Source: Botryllus schlosseri
Taxonomy: Eukaryota
Assembly: GCA_051294905.1 (NCBI GenBank)
Contig: CM119372.1
Span: forward strand, 35,838,001-35,902,000
Length of the DNA stretch: 64,000 bases
Direction of reading: 5' to 3'
The notes beneath the pieces were generated by a model. That model was not told the origin of the DNA and made no database searches. It worked only from the letters and a program-made list of their open reading frames with translations. A program made the translations under genes and the position numbers. Positions 26,101 to 38,477 of this stretch are shown piece by piece. Each line of letters begins with the position of its first letter. Positions within the stretch are counted from its first letter, which is position 1.

Positions 26101-29100
26101 TACACTTGAAAAATACTAAAGTGGAAAGGAGATTCTCATATATGTTGAGGCAGCATGGCCTTACAATAATCCACATCCACTGGATACACGTTCCTCTCTA
26201 GTGCATTAGAGGCAGGAATTGAAAAGCAATTTTGAACCACACTGAAGAGCATTAGATACTCATATATTCTAGTCGGCCAAAAATGCAAAGAATCATCGCC
26301 TTCATATCTACACATGAGCTTATCAGTCGCTTCCAAGTAGGCTACTTGACCATCTGAGTCAATTCTTTGGCTCTAATTGGACTTTGCTTCGATTGTTTGC
26401 TTGTATAATTGAAATGTCTTGAGTACTTTGATGGCGGAGGATCTATTCCCTCTTCATCACTGGATGATTTTGTACAATGCATTGCTCTTTGCTACTATGT
26501 ACCATTGTCTTTCGTTTTTACGGCGGCGCATATCTGATATCAGACGAGTGCAACGAAAGCAGTGGTGACAAATAGCGTTGTCGACAGAATTCGTCACATG
26601 CGTTGATCTAACCATTGTGATTCGCAACTTTCTTCACCTTCAAGTCACATAAAATAAGCCGAGTCAATGACTTGAGTCGAGTCATGCGTAATGACTCGAG
26701 TACAAGTCGAGTCAATCCAAATATTGACTCGAGTCGAGTCGAGTCATTTTCCCATTTCAAGAAAATGACTCGAGTCAAGTCGAGTCACAAAAAAATCGTG
26801 ACTCGAGTCTGACTCGAGTCGAGTCATGACTCGAGTCATTACAACCCTGCGGGCTACTCAAAACCTTCTCGCGGGCCACATATGGCCCGCAGGCCACGGG
26901 TAGCCCGCCCCTGCTATAGACAGACACCTTTGTTAGTTTTCAGAGCCGGAGCTGGAGCTGGAGCCGGCTCAGTGGTAATAATGCGGCGCCGGAGGTAGAG
27001 CCGGAGCTATTGTATGATAGAAGAAAGCGCTGGAGCTGGAGCAATGCAAATTTACGGCGGCTCCGAAGCCCTACTGGTTTAGATGGCCATTGTAGTCGAC
27101 GAACACCATAAATACCATAAATAACAACAGTGAACACGATTTCACCAAGCTGCACATCGCTCGGGAGGCAGCGGCCAAGACAAACTAATGCTTGTATAGT
27201 ATATCCTAAATACATTTTAATATCTTCATAATGTCTTTGAGTTGAAAAAAGTTTAAAATGTATCATGTTCACCATTGTTTTGAATTATGACGGCAAATAA
27301 ATAAAATATTTGGAGATTAAACGTCACTTTATCATTGCCTAATATCAATACAGCCACTGAGCAGCGCATGTATTAACAATATGATTCGCTGCTTTCAATT
27401 TAGAAATATAATTAATAAGCTGCAGAATATGGTATAATATAACTTTTGACTCGACCCACCAACGTATTTTCTGCTTTTCATGTGACCCGTTGGTTAAAAA
27501 TAAATGCCCACCTCTGCTCTATAGTAGCCTACCATAGGCCTACGTTCAAGAAAACGGTTGCATACTTCACATTTCAGGTTGATTTCAATATTTGAAGATT
27601 CAACGGTCCGCCAAATATTTTTTGAAACTTCACCGGTCCGCGAGGTGAAAAAGGTTGAGAACCACTGGTGTATGCAACGATGAAAATAATAACCGCAATG
27701 GGCACAATCCGATGAAGGATTAATACACGGACGAAGTGATGATATTGTCAATAGAAGGACAGCCGAAGCCTCGAGAGCGGAAACTGTTGTATCGGGCAAT
27801 AATTTACTCGTAATAGCTGTATGCCGAGGTGTGTGTTAGGTACTTGGTCATGTGTGTTCGTTATCTTACGCTGTGTCTTGTTTGACTCATTTGGTATATT
27901 GTTTCTTGAGCTGATGAACATAATAGAATCGCTGATTATGATCAGATCAGTTCTATATACCAGGGGTGGGCAATTATTTTCCTCCGCGGCCAAATGAGAA
28001 ATAGAAAATACGTTGGCGGGTTTCAGCTATATTTGCCATTGTATTTTAATTATATTTCTAAATTACATTGTTAATGCTGCTCAGTGAATGTGTTGCTGTT
28101 AGGCAGGGGCGGCTATGGCGCCATGGGTGGCAGGCTGTTAGGGGCGCAAAATGTGAGGTGATGACCCTTTTTAGTCATTACAACAAGATTTCCAGTCAAT
28201 ATAAAACTATTTCAAAATTTGAGCAGTATTTTTACCGAATGCCATGGGCGGCAGCATATGCTCCTACGCCACTGATGTTAGGCAATGAGAAAGTGGCGGT
28301 TGATTTAAAAATTATCTATTTATCGTCAAGGCTCGAAACCATGCTGAACACGATACATTTAGCTTTATTTAAACCCGTCTCTGCGTTCTTCTATTAAGAC
28401 ACGAAAACAGTGGTTCTCAAACCTTTTTTTTGGCACGCTTCCCTTTATGATAGTGAAAACCTTCGCAATACGGTATCATGATATCCCAAAATATTAAAAA
28501 GAGCGACGAGAATGCTAGCAATCCGAGCGGATAAGCTTGTAGGCATGGAGCGTTTATGGCCGATGATAAGGGAATTCTCAAATATCAAAGTCGGAAAATA
28601 CACAGAACCATGACTAAATTACCATAATCTCAGGGTAAATCGCGCGGGGCACGAATAAAATTTTCATTCAACTTCGGCTTCGCACCGGTCTTCAGATCCT
28701 TTCACGCCCCGCAGTTCGAGAACCAATGCATAGTGAAATGTATACGCCATATAGTACAATGTTTATTGTTTCGGTCGCTGCCTTCTGAGCAGTGTGCACT
28801 GTGCAGCTCTAATAGCCTTGGTGTTGAACGAAGCTTGGAGTTTTTCTGAAATTCGTCCTCCTTAGACCGAGTTTTTCGTCTTTTTGTCATAATTAAAAGC
28901 TTTAATCTCGGCGACATGCTCGGCAAAAACTGAAAGAGCGGGTTTACCCCTAATTCCAGTATACAAATATTCAGTACTCTAACCTTCTCTGAATTTCAGT
29001 TTTGGCTTACTTTTTTGACATGCCCGTTCATCCTTTATGGGTGATATATATGATGAGTAGGGCAAGTTTTTGTTGCAGTTAAATCCGTGTAAAGTTGCAG

Positions 29101-30417
29101 GTAAAAAGTTGCAGAAGTTGCATTTTTCCGGCTCAGCTCACGAAATACCCGTAAAAGCGTTACTTCAGTGCTGATTTACAGTCGAATCCGGCCGTGTATT
29201 TCACCAAAATCGAAAATACTTTCATGAAAAATCGAAAAAGCTGCAAAATGTTGCAAAAAGTAGCATGCAAAGAAATGGAAAAAAGTTGCAAAAAGTTGCA
29301 CTGTAAGATTTCTTCAAACAGCCTAAAACAGCATTCTACATATCTTACGAGTATTTAGGAAGCTGCCGTATAATGCGTAATGCGACAATAGCAACAAAGA
29401 AGGTTTGACCAAAACTATATGGAAATGGTAATTTCTTGTGACTTTAATTGCTACTGATACTTTGCTACATTGCCTTTATTTTGAATCTGGATTATGCATG
29501 CGCGGTACGTAGGCAGTGTAATCGTGGAATATTAATGAACAGGCTTCAAAGTCAACGAATTTCCTGTTTAGATGATACAGCCTATAGTTTTAGTCCACGC
29601 GTCAACATTCAAAAATAAGGTGTTATGTTAGGAATTCCAAGCAACCTTTCGCGGGCTGCACTATTTCGGACTAATTGTGTCGATTGCATCTATGCTTGTA
29701 CTACGTACCCAAGCTCTTGTGTTTTAGGTTGTTTCCTCTACACCAGTGGTTTTCAAACGGGGGGGAGGGGCGCGAAGCTGCGATCAGCTGAAGAAATTTT
29801 TTCGCGACCTGTGCGATCTACCTCATAGTCATTGTTACTGCTCTGTGTCTAGTCCAAATTTCATATCTGAAAATTCTCTCATCAACACTCATAACCTTCC
29901 ATGCCATGAAGTTATCCGTTGGGATTGCTAGAATTCTGGCTGCATTTTGTGATATGACGATAAGGGTGGGCGGGAATGGGGGCGCGAAATTTTTCCCTGT
30001 CATAAAAGGGGACGTGTCTAAAAAAAGCTTGACAATCACTGCTCTAAGCAGTTTCCAAGCCAAAAAATTTAATTACGCTCTTCGTTCTAGACTTTGCGTG
30101 TTTCTACAGCATCTCTATAGTAGACTCAGCATGTTCTGGTAATTGCCACTTCTTACTTGTAAATTGGGATAAAAAACGCCTCCATTTAGCGGAGTAGCGG
30201 ACAATGGATGATTACTGCACCAATGTAATCGATTGCCATTACGATTACATCATAATGCCGTAATCGTGCTAATCGACTATGATTACAAATCACGATTACC
30301 TCATGTCTGCTGAGCAAAGCTATTTATTTGAATCAGCATTATGACGTGACTGACCTTCACATCTTCCTGACTTACACACTTGGTTCCTGTTACAATCGTT
30401 GCTGTCCTGACATTCAC
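14197..30417 (-). CDS. Cys-rich (EB-like) repeat protein with a C-terminal SUEL/rhamnose-binding lectin domain; 5' exons not identified
   Basis: Phase-consistent GT-AG exons: 30417-30355 (ECQDSNDCNRNQVCKSGRCE), 19001-18900 (ECRSNVHCGSNQQCHSRQCVCMRGYINIAGACV), 17731-17630 (GCSTNDDCSRNEICRSRRCECKDGHMLVNGACK), 17318-17210 (ACESHNMDVTC..IIEAMYGRT), 14371-14197 (CNGRSEC..FGDPCRRTNKYLEIKYICS*). SUEL YGR, DPC and KYL motifs are present. Confidence 0.9.
14702..16163. mobile_element. hAT/Charlie-like MITE, family X (same as 56957-58763)
   Basis: TIR CAGTGGTTCCCAA; perfect TSD CTCTAATT. Confidence 0.9.
14768..15727. mobile_element. Non-autonomous TIR element, family Y (same as 45211 and 57312)
   Basis: Ends CAGCACCGTAAC / GTTACGATCCGG; TSD TTCCCCAC/TTCCCCAT; shared internal CTCTGCTCACGTAATCAGATTTACCGGTAGAGC block. 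Confidence 0.8.
21018..22357. mobile_element. hAT-type non-autonomous element with GTAGAAGTA/CTACT arrays
   Basis: TIR CAGAG(G/T)TGGTCA; perfect TSD TTTATGTT. Confidence 0.88.
21945..21980. mobile_element. 36-bp hairpin mini-element
   Basis: CAGGGATATCTAGA..TCTAGATATCCCAG; flanks TGTAAACG/TGTGAACG. Confidence 0.7.
22801..24217. mobile_element. Tc1/mariner (pogo-like) non-autonomous element
   Basis: Ends GGGGATGCCGGGGACAAATGTAACA / TGTTAACAATTGTCCCCGGTCTCCCC, flanked by TA; internal GGGGCAATTGTAACA motifs. Confidence 0.75.
24087..24135. mobile_element. 49-bp hairpin mini-element
   Basis: CAGGGATATCTAGAAA..TTTCTAGATATCCTTG; perfect 8-bp TSD AGTTTGGA (24079-24086, 24136-24143). Confidence 0.8.
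24461..26913. mobile_element. hAT MITE (layer 4 of the nest)
   Basis: Ends CAAGGGTGGCTAACC / GGGTAGCCCGCCCCTG; TSD ATATAGAC/CTATAGAC. Confidence 0.78.
25024..26849 (-). mobile_element. hAT (Ac-like) derivative with GACTCGAGTC arrays and a transposase dimerization-domain remnant at ~26136-26336
   Basis: TIR CAGGGTTGTAA; TSD CTGGCTAC/CGGGCTAC; remnant DDSLHFW....EY..L..V.QNCFSIPASNALER. Confidence 0.87.
28104..28274. mobile_element. Short TIR element (MITE)
   Basis: Ends CAGGGGCGG / CTACGCCACTG; TSD CTGTTAGG/ATGTTAGG. Confidence 0.7.
28408..28728. mobile_element. Degenerate hAT/Charlie-like MITE
   Basis: Ends CAGTGGTTCTCAAAC / GTTCGAGAACCAATG; TSD not clear. Confidence 0.6.
29058..29370 (+). 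mobile_element. Fragment of the AAGTTGC-repeat TIR family (cf. 63030-63893)
   Basis: Starts TAGGGCAAGTTTTTGTTGCAG and has multiple AAAAGTTGCA repeats. Confidence 0.65.
29744..30041. mobile_element. hAT/Charlie-like MITE
   Basis: Ends CAGTGGTTTTCAAAC / GCTTGACAATCACTG; TSD CTCTACAC/CTCTAAGC. Confidence 0.7.
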
Positions 30418-30905
30418 CTGAAACATGGAATGTGTGAATTCTACCTAGTTTATTTTTTGGGCAGAACCATGAAGTGAGCCGCCGGACCTCACATAATTTA
30501 CACCACGGATATGCAACGTGCAGCCCGCGAAGAAATGCAAATTTTGAAGAATCGGCGAAGTGGGCTTTAAATTCAGCACATAGGCTGATTTACGCTAAAG
30601 TTGGGTAACAGAAGCGTCCAAACCACCGAAATCACTAAGCCACGAATGTGCGTACTCTGCGCATGGATATTATTGAAAAAATTGTGTTCATAGCAGTGAT
30701 CAAATTTGTCGCACTTGACGCGATTTACCTATTGCTATTCACGAAAGATGAGTGTAGCTCGATATCCGATTCGCCATGAATCTGTAGTGTGCAGCTATTG
30801 GAAAGTTAAAATGCGGCCTGCCGTCTCCGCGCCTTATCAATAGCTGACCCGACCCGCTTTCCCTGAGGGTTGCGGACTTGAACATCCCTGTCCTGCATCG
30901 CTTTA

Positions 30906-31192
30906 GTTTGTTTGATTGTTTGTTTGAGGCATTCATGGTGTTTGTCGACTACTATGGTCATTTACACCGGAGCAATGTCTTAATTTTTATTCCGTAAATG
31001 CCGACTTGTGGCACGGCCCACTTCTAGACCTTTATAAGACACCGCTTACACGGATGATATGGCTAGGAGGAGCCTAGATATAGGCTAACCCCAACACTTA
31101 TAGGTAGAAATTGTGGAGTCGACCTCGGTCGGACTCGAACCCACAACCCATTGGTGTTGTAGCTCTGGATTATACCGCTACACGATCTCGTC
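30906..31192 (-). mobile_element. tRNA-derived SINE family 1, diverged full-length copy
   Basis: Reverse complement matches 47902-48178, including B box GGTTCGAGTCC and a (CAAA)n tail. Confidence 0.87.
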
Positions 31193-31395
31193 TCAACATC
31201 CCTTTATTAATACGACAGATAGCCCTGCCTTGTCACTATCCACGCACATGATGCAGTATACACGAATCAACAGGCATTACCTATACTAAGAACTGTCCAT
31301 GTTAGGTACAGTGGTATGGGGGACAATCCCATATCATTTATGATAATACAAAAAGCCTATGTCATTATTGCGCAGGCTATATACTGGGTGTACAG

Positions 31396-32596
31396 CAGTG
31401 GTCGGGAACCTTTTTCGTCCGAAGAGCCATATTAACCCAATTTTTTCCATTCTAACTCCCAAAGAGCCACACATGTCAATCAACTGTTACGTCACAATTG
31501 AAAATAAATTCGTGACGTCATGGTAGCACATGAGATTCGTCGTGTGCGCCTCATTTTCTCCGCAAAAACTCGTACTAATCATGCTGGTAAACGTATTCGA
31601 GCATGCGAAATTTCAGTTTCGAGAACGTAGCTTCGTCGTGATGCTTCTTTTAAATGCGACAACCCATGATCCCATGCGTAAGTCGACCCAAATATGATCA
31701 CTACAGCAGTATATAACCAATGTAAGGTGTGATCAGCATGGGGTCAGGGGAGGCAAGCGAGGCAGTTCGTCCCCTGTCGCCAGGATGAGTGAACGAAAAT
31801 TGTGAAAATTTCGATTACCACTGGTATTTTCTATCGCTGTTAATGAATAACTGGATTTTGAACATTTTCCTCCCACAATTAGGCGACTTGCATATCTATT
31901 ATTCGAAAATGCAGCCTAATGCGATAGGTAAGACACAGACGGGCCAAACTTCGCCATTGATACCGCAATTCATTGTAAATAGCTTAGAATTTATAATAAC
32001 TGATATGAACTGAATGTAATCTAACTGTTGCACTGATTCCGAAAATCTAAATACTGATCGAATTCTCAATTCTCAAAGTTTTGGCGAGAACATACAACGT
32101 TGCGCTACACGCCTACATTTTATCGCTGGTATTACAAAGCGACGTACCGATCAAGAACATGGATAGCTATGGCGTTGTTTGTAATTGTGAATGTCACTTC
32201 CACGGCGGTTCATTTCGCGCCGTAGATCAGCGTTGTAATTCATGGGCATCTGGGTCTGCTATTCCCTTTGATCAATCAACGTATCGGGAAATCCAAGATT
32301 TCGAGTCGGGTACATCGAATTCGCGAGTGATATTGGTCTCCGGCGCGACAGTAACTTAGATTTGGGGATTTTAAAAAGGGCTGTCCGAACCCCTAACCTA
32401 AGATGGCATTGTCTTTACATCTCAAAGACATGTTTATACGGTCGCGAGAATAATTATTCTGGTCGTGATGAAAATTTCCTAACAAGTTGCTGCAATATTG
32501 AGCAATTCAGTAAAGAATTATATAATTGGCAAAGAGCCATATCTTATACCCAAAAGAGCCACATATAGCTCGCGAGCCATAGGTTCCCGACCGCTG
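31396..32596. mobile_element. hAT MITE
   Basis: TIR CAG(T/C)GGTCGGGAACCT; GAGCCA subterminal motifs; perfect TSD GTGTACAG. Confidence 0.9.
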
Positions 32597-34378
32597 GTGT
32601 ACAGTGTACAGTACACTGAGCGAGACGATAAATCGCACTTCCATTATTTCAAATTTTAATTAAAATGCGTCATGCCTTCAGTATCAAAATTGCGTAGTCG
32701 AGTTCTGTTTATTGTTTGCTCCACTTCAACACGTTAGAAGGATCAACGTAAAATGATTTTTTCGCTTTGGCTAAAGTGGGACTGCGGTAACTCACAATAT
32801 ATTTAACACCGTTTCAGTTTATAACCGAAAAATACATAAGTATAGCAAATAAATAGTATTCCGACATGTCCCAAAATAACTGTTGTGTAGATTATACGTA
32901 TCACATATTCCGAAATTACTCCCAGGCGTAAACGACTAATTTTCGAATATGTGGGCACATGAGGCGAGCGGAATTTTCGATGTCCTCCAAGCATTAGTGG
33001 GATTGATAAAACAACTATTGATGATCGCGGTACACATTGCGAAGTGGTAAAGCATGGGAGCGGATTGAAAATCTCTGGAGAATTTCAGCAACAACGCTCA
33101 GGTATTGAACACCGATAAAGGCTTACTATTTCTGTCGGATGCTCGACGCAGAGAAATCAAATCTTCCGTCACTGTGAAAATAATTTAGTTCTGTGTCACG
33201 AAAGACGCACATTTCGACCAGCGATAATAATTACTATTTTGGTTGATCCTTTCGAGGAATTCGACTCGTTCTGAAACTGAACAAACATTTTTATTGCAAA
33301 TGGTCTGTCCAATATATCATATGCTCTTACTGGCTCGCAGCTTCGATTTTACTTCGCGCAATTCCTGTCGATATGATGCAGTCTCTGTGAAGTAAGTATA
33401 CAAGCTGACGAACCGTGTAAAGATTACATTGATTACTATGTAAACAAGCTAAAAATAACGACCAGCTACAGTTGAGTAAGCGACTGGCGTCACTCCGGCA
33501 TATTCGGCTCTATCATACTGAGAGCAATAGTAACTCTAATCAACATGCTCAAGTACATGTCACCAAAGCAAGTGTCTGATGATAACATGTCCACCATCGG
33601 AACCACGTAAGAATTGATTTTTGGTCGCTATCTTGCTATTTGACTGCTACTGAGACTACTTTCGTCTCACTAGTAAAGTTACAAAAGATAATAAACGCAA
33701 GCCGTTTGACCCGTCCTGTGAACTAATTTCGTCAATTAACACGGTCAAAACTTTTCGCGAAGACGGCTTATTCTGCATATGACGCGAAAAAAAGGCAACT
33801 CAATGGAAAGTAGACGCGGAAACCGGTTTTCCCGGCTCCTACTATCCCGGAAAACGACCTTTTCTAGTAAATTCACCAGCGATCAAAATTGGATAAATAA
33901 ATATTAGGATTATATGTCCTCTTTTTCGGATCCGTAATTCTGGAGGATGAAAAGTTGTGTCGCGATTGATAAGGGGGCGATGAGTCCAAAAGATTTGGAA
34001 CCACTGTTGTATTGGATCAAACCAATCTGTTCCATGTAGGCACTGGTCAATTTGGATGGGCCGTACCGTGACAGCTGATGCCGAATGAGAACCTCTACTT
34101 TACGTATATGCGTATATGAAACTACACGTGTCGTGCACGAGGGTTTCAGAGCACATATATATTTAATGTTTCGCGTATAGTTACACATCACGTACCGATA
34201 AACAGGTAAAGAGTGAGTTTCAAGCAACTCCTATAGCAACTTAAAAATTGCAGTATCGCATACCCTCATGTAGGCCTGCCACTTGAGCAATGATCCGGGG
34301 TTTATTAGTGGCCTCCACTGAGGGACAAGAAATATGTTTTTATGCATTTCCCGTTCTCATCCCAACCGACCCACCTAG

Positions 34379-34379
34379 T

Positions 34380-34410
<31 letters not shown>

Positions 34411-35600
34411 TTGGAAGAAGAAAAAGAGTGGCGCCTATCACCGTTAGGTCTGATGCGCGACGATATTACTCAATTTTTTAAGGCAACAATTCAAATAAAT
34501 CGATCACAACTCAGCACATATTCTACAACGTATTTAAAAATGCTTGAATCCGTTAGTAAGTTCACGAGGCGAAATATAATGTTCGTACAAACACAAGCAC
34601 GACTCAGGAACGTTCTATGAAATTCATACGAGGAAAAGTTCATGATACAATGCTCAACCTTCTCAGGTTCATTGCAGGAGCTACAATGTGGTGATGGTGC
34701 GATTCCAATATTAAACAAGTGTGCGTTCAGTCCGCAATTACCTGAGCGCAATCGAAATAATATTCGGTCGCTTAAGCGATTTTCAAGACCCACCTCTTGC
34801 CGTGGAATCTTGCTGAGGGAACAGTTTCCCCACTTCTTCTGTGTCTTTAGGACATACGGAGTCGTACATCCTCCGAAGTTCCGAGCAAACTATAGGGTGC
34901 TCCGATTGAGATGGAGCTACCACGAATAATGACACGATCAACACACGAAACATTGTTACCTGCGAGCTTCCCTTGAGCAATCGTAAGGAATCTTTTCTCG
35001 CTAACTGACAGTAATGTTTTGACAGTGTGAAGATGTTCACTTTTATGGTTCTGATTGCCACGACGATTTTTTAAATTGACTTCTCGATCTGCCAAGACAG
35101 CAAAAATTCGATTCCAATTACCTATCGCCATGGCGCAGTGTTTTGGAAAAACAAAGCGTACTTGAAACGTAGCATTTTTCTCTTTGAACAGTGATCTGGT
35201 GAGTGATCCCTTGGCGACTCTGCACAATTTGCCAAGCCAGCGAAGAAGTTCTTCTTCATTACCTATCTCCATCTCGATGGGGAAGTTTATATAAGACTCA
35301 AAGAGCCCTTAAACGGAGTATTTTGACGCTGAGCTCTTGTAGTGCAAATGAATGAGCCTATATGGAATTAACTGACCGCATGTACAGCTGGAATACTGGT
35401 GCAATTCTACAGAATTGCTTCCGATATGCTATCGTCACTTTGTTGGCTATTTCGACCAGTACATTGATGACAAGGATCTGCCACAACATTGTCGTTTGCG
35501 TCGCACGACAAGGCGATATACAGACAAACCCTTAGCAATATTCGTATAGATGTACCCAAATTGTACGAGTAGATATTTCCCGTCAGTTATATTAACGGTA
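34379..35600 (-). mobile_element. Decayed 3' portion of an I-group (I/Nimb-like) LINE with a (TAAA)n tail
   Basis: LFRLRSGNCGLNAHLFNIGIAPSPHCSSCNEPEKVEH (C-terminal CCHC-type region, 34491-34793); (TTTA)n at 34379-34412; frameshifted upstream frames. The 5' limit is approximate. Confidence 0.82.
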
Positions 35601-36623
35601 AATGCCTGTTGAATAAGTATATGGACACGTCAAAAATAATTTTAATTGTTTTTGGAGGGTGAAATAATTCAGATTCAATTCGTGCACGCAATTCACAAGA
35701 TAGCCAGTATTTCAGATTTGCCTTTGCATTCGTAAAAGTGATTTATTGGAAAATTATTATACTCACTGTTTACAACATTGATACTGCATTTATAAACCGA
35801 TAATTTTACGCGTTCATGGTCTTATTATGGACCTATATTTGTGATTTTCGTCTTACATCATGTTTCAATCCTAAAACAAATTACGACATCGATGGTCATT
35901 GGTCATGCTGAATTCCAATCAGTGAACAGCACTGCTGGTATCCGAACATTTTACGCATTCCAGATAACATCGTTTATATCGCTTTATAGATAGTCGGCCT
36001 ATTCTTCAAAGACATCACGGAAGCATGCCTAGCGTATTTGTTATATACACAGTTTTACTACTGGTATAAACTTTTAATTTTATGTAATTATCTGCTAAGT
36101 CAGTTCTCCCCCCAGTGTTGACATTTTAACGCATGCAAGATGTAACCATATATCCGGATACCATACGCCCTATTTCAAGAGGATTTGTCCTCTTTTTTTC
36201 ACATAATTGAGAGTGTCTTCGGAGGACGCGTAAATGTCATCTTTTTTGGGAATCTTTACTCTTTATTTCAGAAAAGTAATAAATTGCCATGATAAAGTCG
36301 CTGAATTGGTAAGCAGAACTGTGAAAGAGCGTGTAATGCGGGAGTCGATCGAAATGACAATTTTGTTTTTAGTCAATACAGTTTTCTTAGCCGGTACTGG
36401 ATCTTTCAGAATTTTTTAAAATTGTCCTCTTTTTCAGATCTCAAAATATGGTAAGTGGTAAACCTACGGCCTACATAAATCGAAACACTGGGACTGGTGT
36501 AGCGTAGCCATGTTCTTTGGCCATTGCGACGACCAGTGTGGAAGTCCTCCTAATATTTTCAATGAATAAAGATACAAGAATTGTTTTAAGACAACTTTAT
36601 GCCACGTCCTCGCGGCATTCAAT

Positions 36624-36659
36624 TATAGATAACTAATCTACGTCGGTTAGTTATCTATA
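36624..36659. mobile_element. 36-bp hairpin mini-element, second family
   Basis: TATAGATAACTAA-tctacgtcgg-TTAGTTATCTATA flanked by direct ATTCAAT (36617-36623, 36660-36666). Confidence 0.62.
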
Positions 36660-37620
36660 ATTCAATTTCGACTAGAAGGCATATGCTTTGCCACGTGTCC
36701 ACCAAGTGTCCATTTCACGTACTCGATACTAGACACCTGGTGGCCCACGCAATAACAATAACAGCCGTAAACCAAACCTGACGCTGTTATATGGCCGTTA
36801 TTTGGTAGTCAACTATGATTTGATGACAAAAAAATCGACATTGCCGGAAATCGACTGCGTGATATTTATTGCACCATTAAGTTAGGTGTGGATAGTATAC
36901 TATGCTATAGTTATATTGTAGTGGTAGTTGGTAATCATTGCAGTATTTTGATGAAATTGATATCGATTGCAATTATAGAGGATACCGCTATATCTTTAAG
37001 CCAGAAGAGACAATGACTGTCAGTGCGTTGACATGCTAGTAATTCATACAAGGTTCTACGTACATATATATATTAGACATCCTATATGGCTTCTCAGTTG
37101 ACCAATTCGAAATATTTAGACTGCTATATCTATATATTACTAGTTCTTGATCATTCTGTCATGATGACAAGTGCCACTATACCTGAAGAAAAACAAGCAA
37201 CAAACTGTCTCGTGGCCTGGATCACTCGATTGATTGCTTTTGCCTGGATTAGATTACTTTATTCTTTGGCACATTGCAAATATCTTGGGTTTCAAGACAT
37301 GCAGCCCGTGCGAATTAATTATCCGATGGAGAGAGCAAAACATATGAAACTAAGAAATTTTGATGATGCCCTAGTCAAGAAAATTTAGCCTGGAGCCAAT
37401 TTTTATCATGACTTAAAATTTGGTCATGCGGTAAAAGTCAGTGTGGTTTCATACCAATGGAAAGTGTCAGCGGGTGATCTGAGCCTTGATTAGTCCTGAA
37501 TATCCTTCCCGATGCTGATTTCCGCTTCGAAAATGATCTTTCATTTTGCGTAGAGCAAGATAAGCGCGCTTCCTTAAATACAATGAATCTGTCTAGAAAA
37601 GTGGTTATGGAGGTATAGAG

Positions 37621-38477
37621 CAGTGGTTCTGAACCTTTTATCTTCGCGGACCCTTTTCGATACGTGACGGCCCCCCGCGGACTCCCACGAAGTTTTAGTT
37701 CAAAATTAGCTTTATTATCGTGCAATCGTCATATGTCTTGTGCAAATGATAACTGTAGGCCCAGTGATAAACAGCAACAAAATGACTTTTCTTGAAAATA
37801 AGATCATACTATTCAAGTAAAAAATGGGTTGACTTATATTATTTCAAAGCGAATTCTGCAACTGCATTTCTTAAAAAACGTGGTCGTGTCTTTAAAATCC
37901 TCGCCTTCGATTTGATATGAACGAGTGCCGAAAATCTATTCCCACAAATATAGGTGGGGCGGATGTAATATTAACGCGTAACGCTTCCGACGACACAATT
38001 GGGTATGATCGCAACAAATATTGCACCAAAATTGACAAACAATTTTTTAATGAACATGTAACGTCGAGCCTGGTCAAGTGGTTATTTATATCTAGTAGCT
38101 TATTTTGAAGTTATTATGGAAAAATGGTTGTGTATATCAAAGGAGAAAATGGATTTTTGTAAACATTTCGAAGTCATCGTGATTGACCTTATACTCATTC
38201 AACTTTTTTTCCACAATCCCTAACAAAACATGTCTAAACGGAACATGTTTGTATCAGTAGGCTATTGGCAATTTAGCAATTAAAATGAGTTTGCGCAGTA
38301 GGATATTTCATCTCAGATGGCCATTCTGTTGATGTGATTTCTTTAGTTTTATTAGTAATGACGCGAGACTGGCTCGTGATTTTCCGAATTAAAAAAATAC
38401 AAATTAGGTTATCAACTGTTTCGAGGCTTCGCGGACCCCCTGAAAATGCTTCGCGGACCCCCAGTTGAGAACCACTG
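37621..38477. mobile_element. hAT/Charlie-like MITE
   Basis: TIR CAGTGGTTCT(G/C)AAC; CGCGGACCCC subterminal motifs; TSD GTATAGAG/GCATAGAG. Confidence 0.85.

Larger units (their letters stand above)
20282..27073. mobile_element. hAT-type non-autonomous element with GGAGCC/GGAGCT subterminal arrays
   Basis: Ends CAGGGCTTTGGAGC / GCTCCGAAGCCCTA; TSD CTGGTGTA/CTGGTTTA. Confidence 0.85.
20220..27130 (+). mobile_element. 5'-truncated tRNA-SINE (family 1) split by a 6.8-kb insertion
   Basis: 20220-20281 plus 27082-27130 rebuild the SINE 3' end seen at 48070-48178 (..CGTGCTA.AAGTCGG....GGCCTGGTGTA|..GTAGTCGAC.AACACCAT.AATACC). Confidence 0.8.
19409..27667. mobile_element. hAT/Charlie-like element, outermost layer of an 8.3-kb nest in a lectin intron
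   Basis: TIR CA(A/G)TGGTTCTCAACC; CCGGTCCG subterminal motifs at both ends; perfect TSD GTGTATGC (19401-19408, 27668-27675). Confidence 0.85.

Noticed and set aside
27494..27799. ORF with a hydrophobic stretch and cysteines, a candidate signal-peptide exon of the lectin
   Set aside because: It starts at a non-ATG codon, runs into a MITE end, lacks convincing splice sites and lies downstream of the 30355-30417 exon.
30370..30376. Strong GTAAGT donor inside the 30355-30417 exon
   Set aside because: Using it would cut the module before its last two cysteines. The GTCAGT donor at 30354 gives a complete module. It remains possible as an alternative phase-1 donor.
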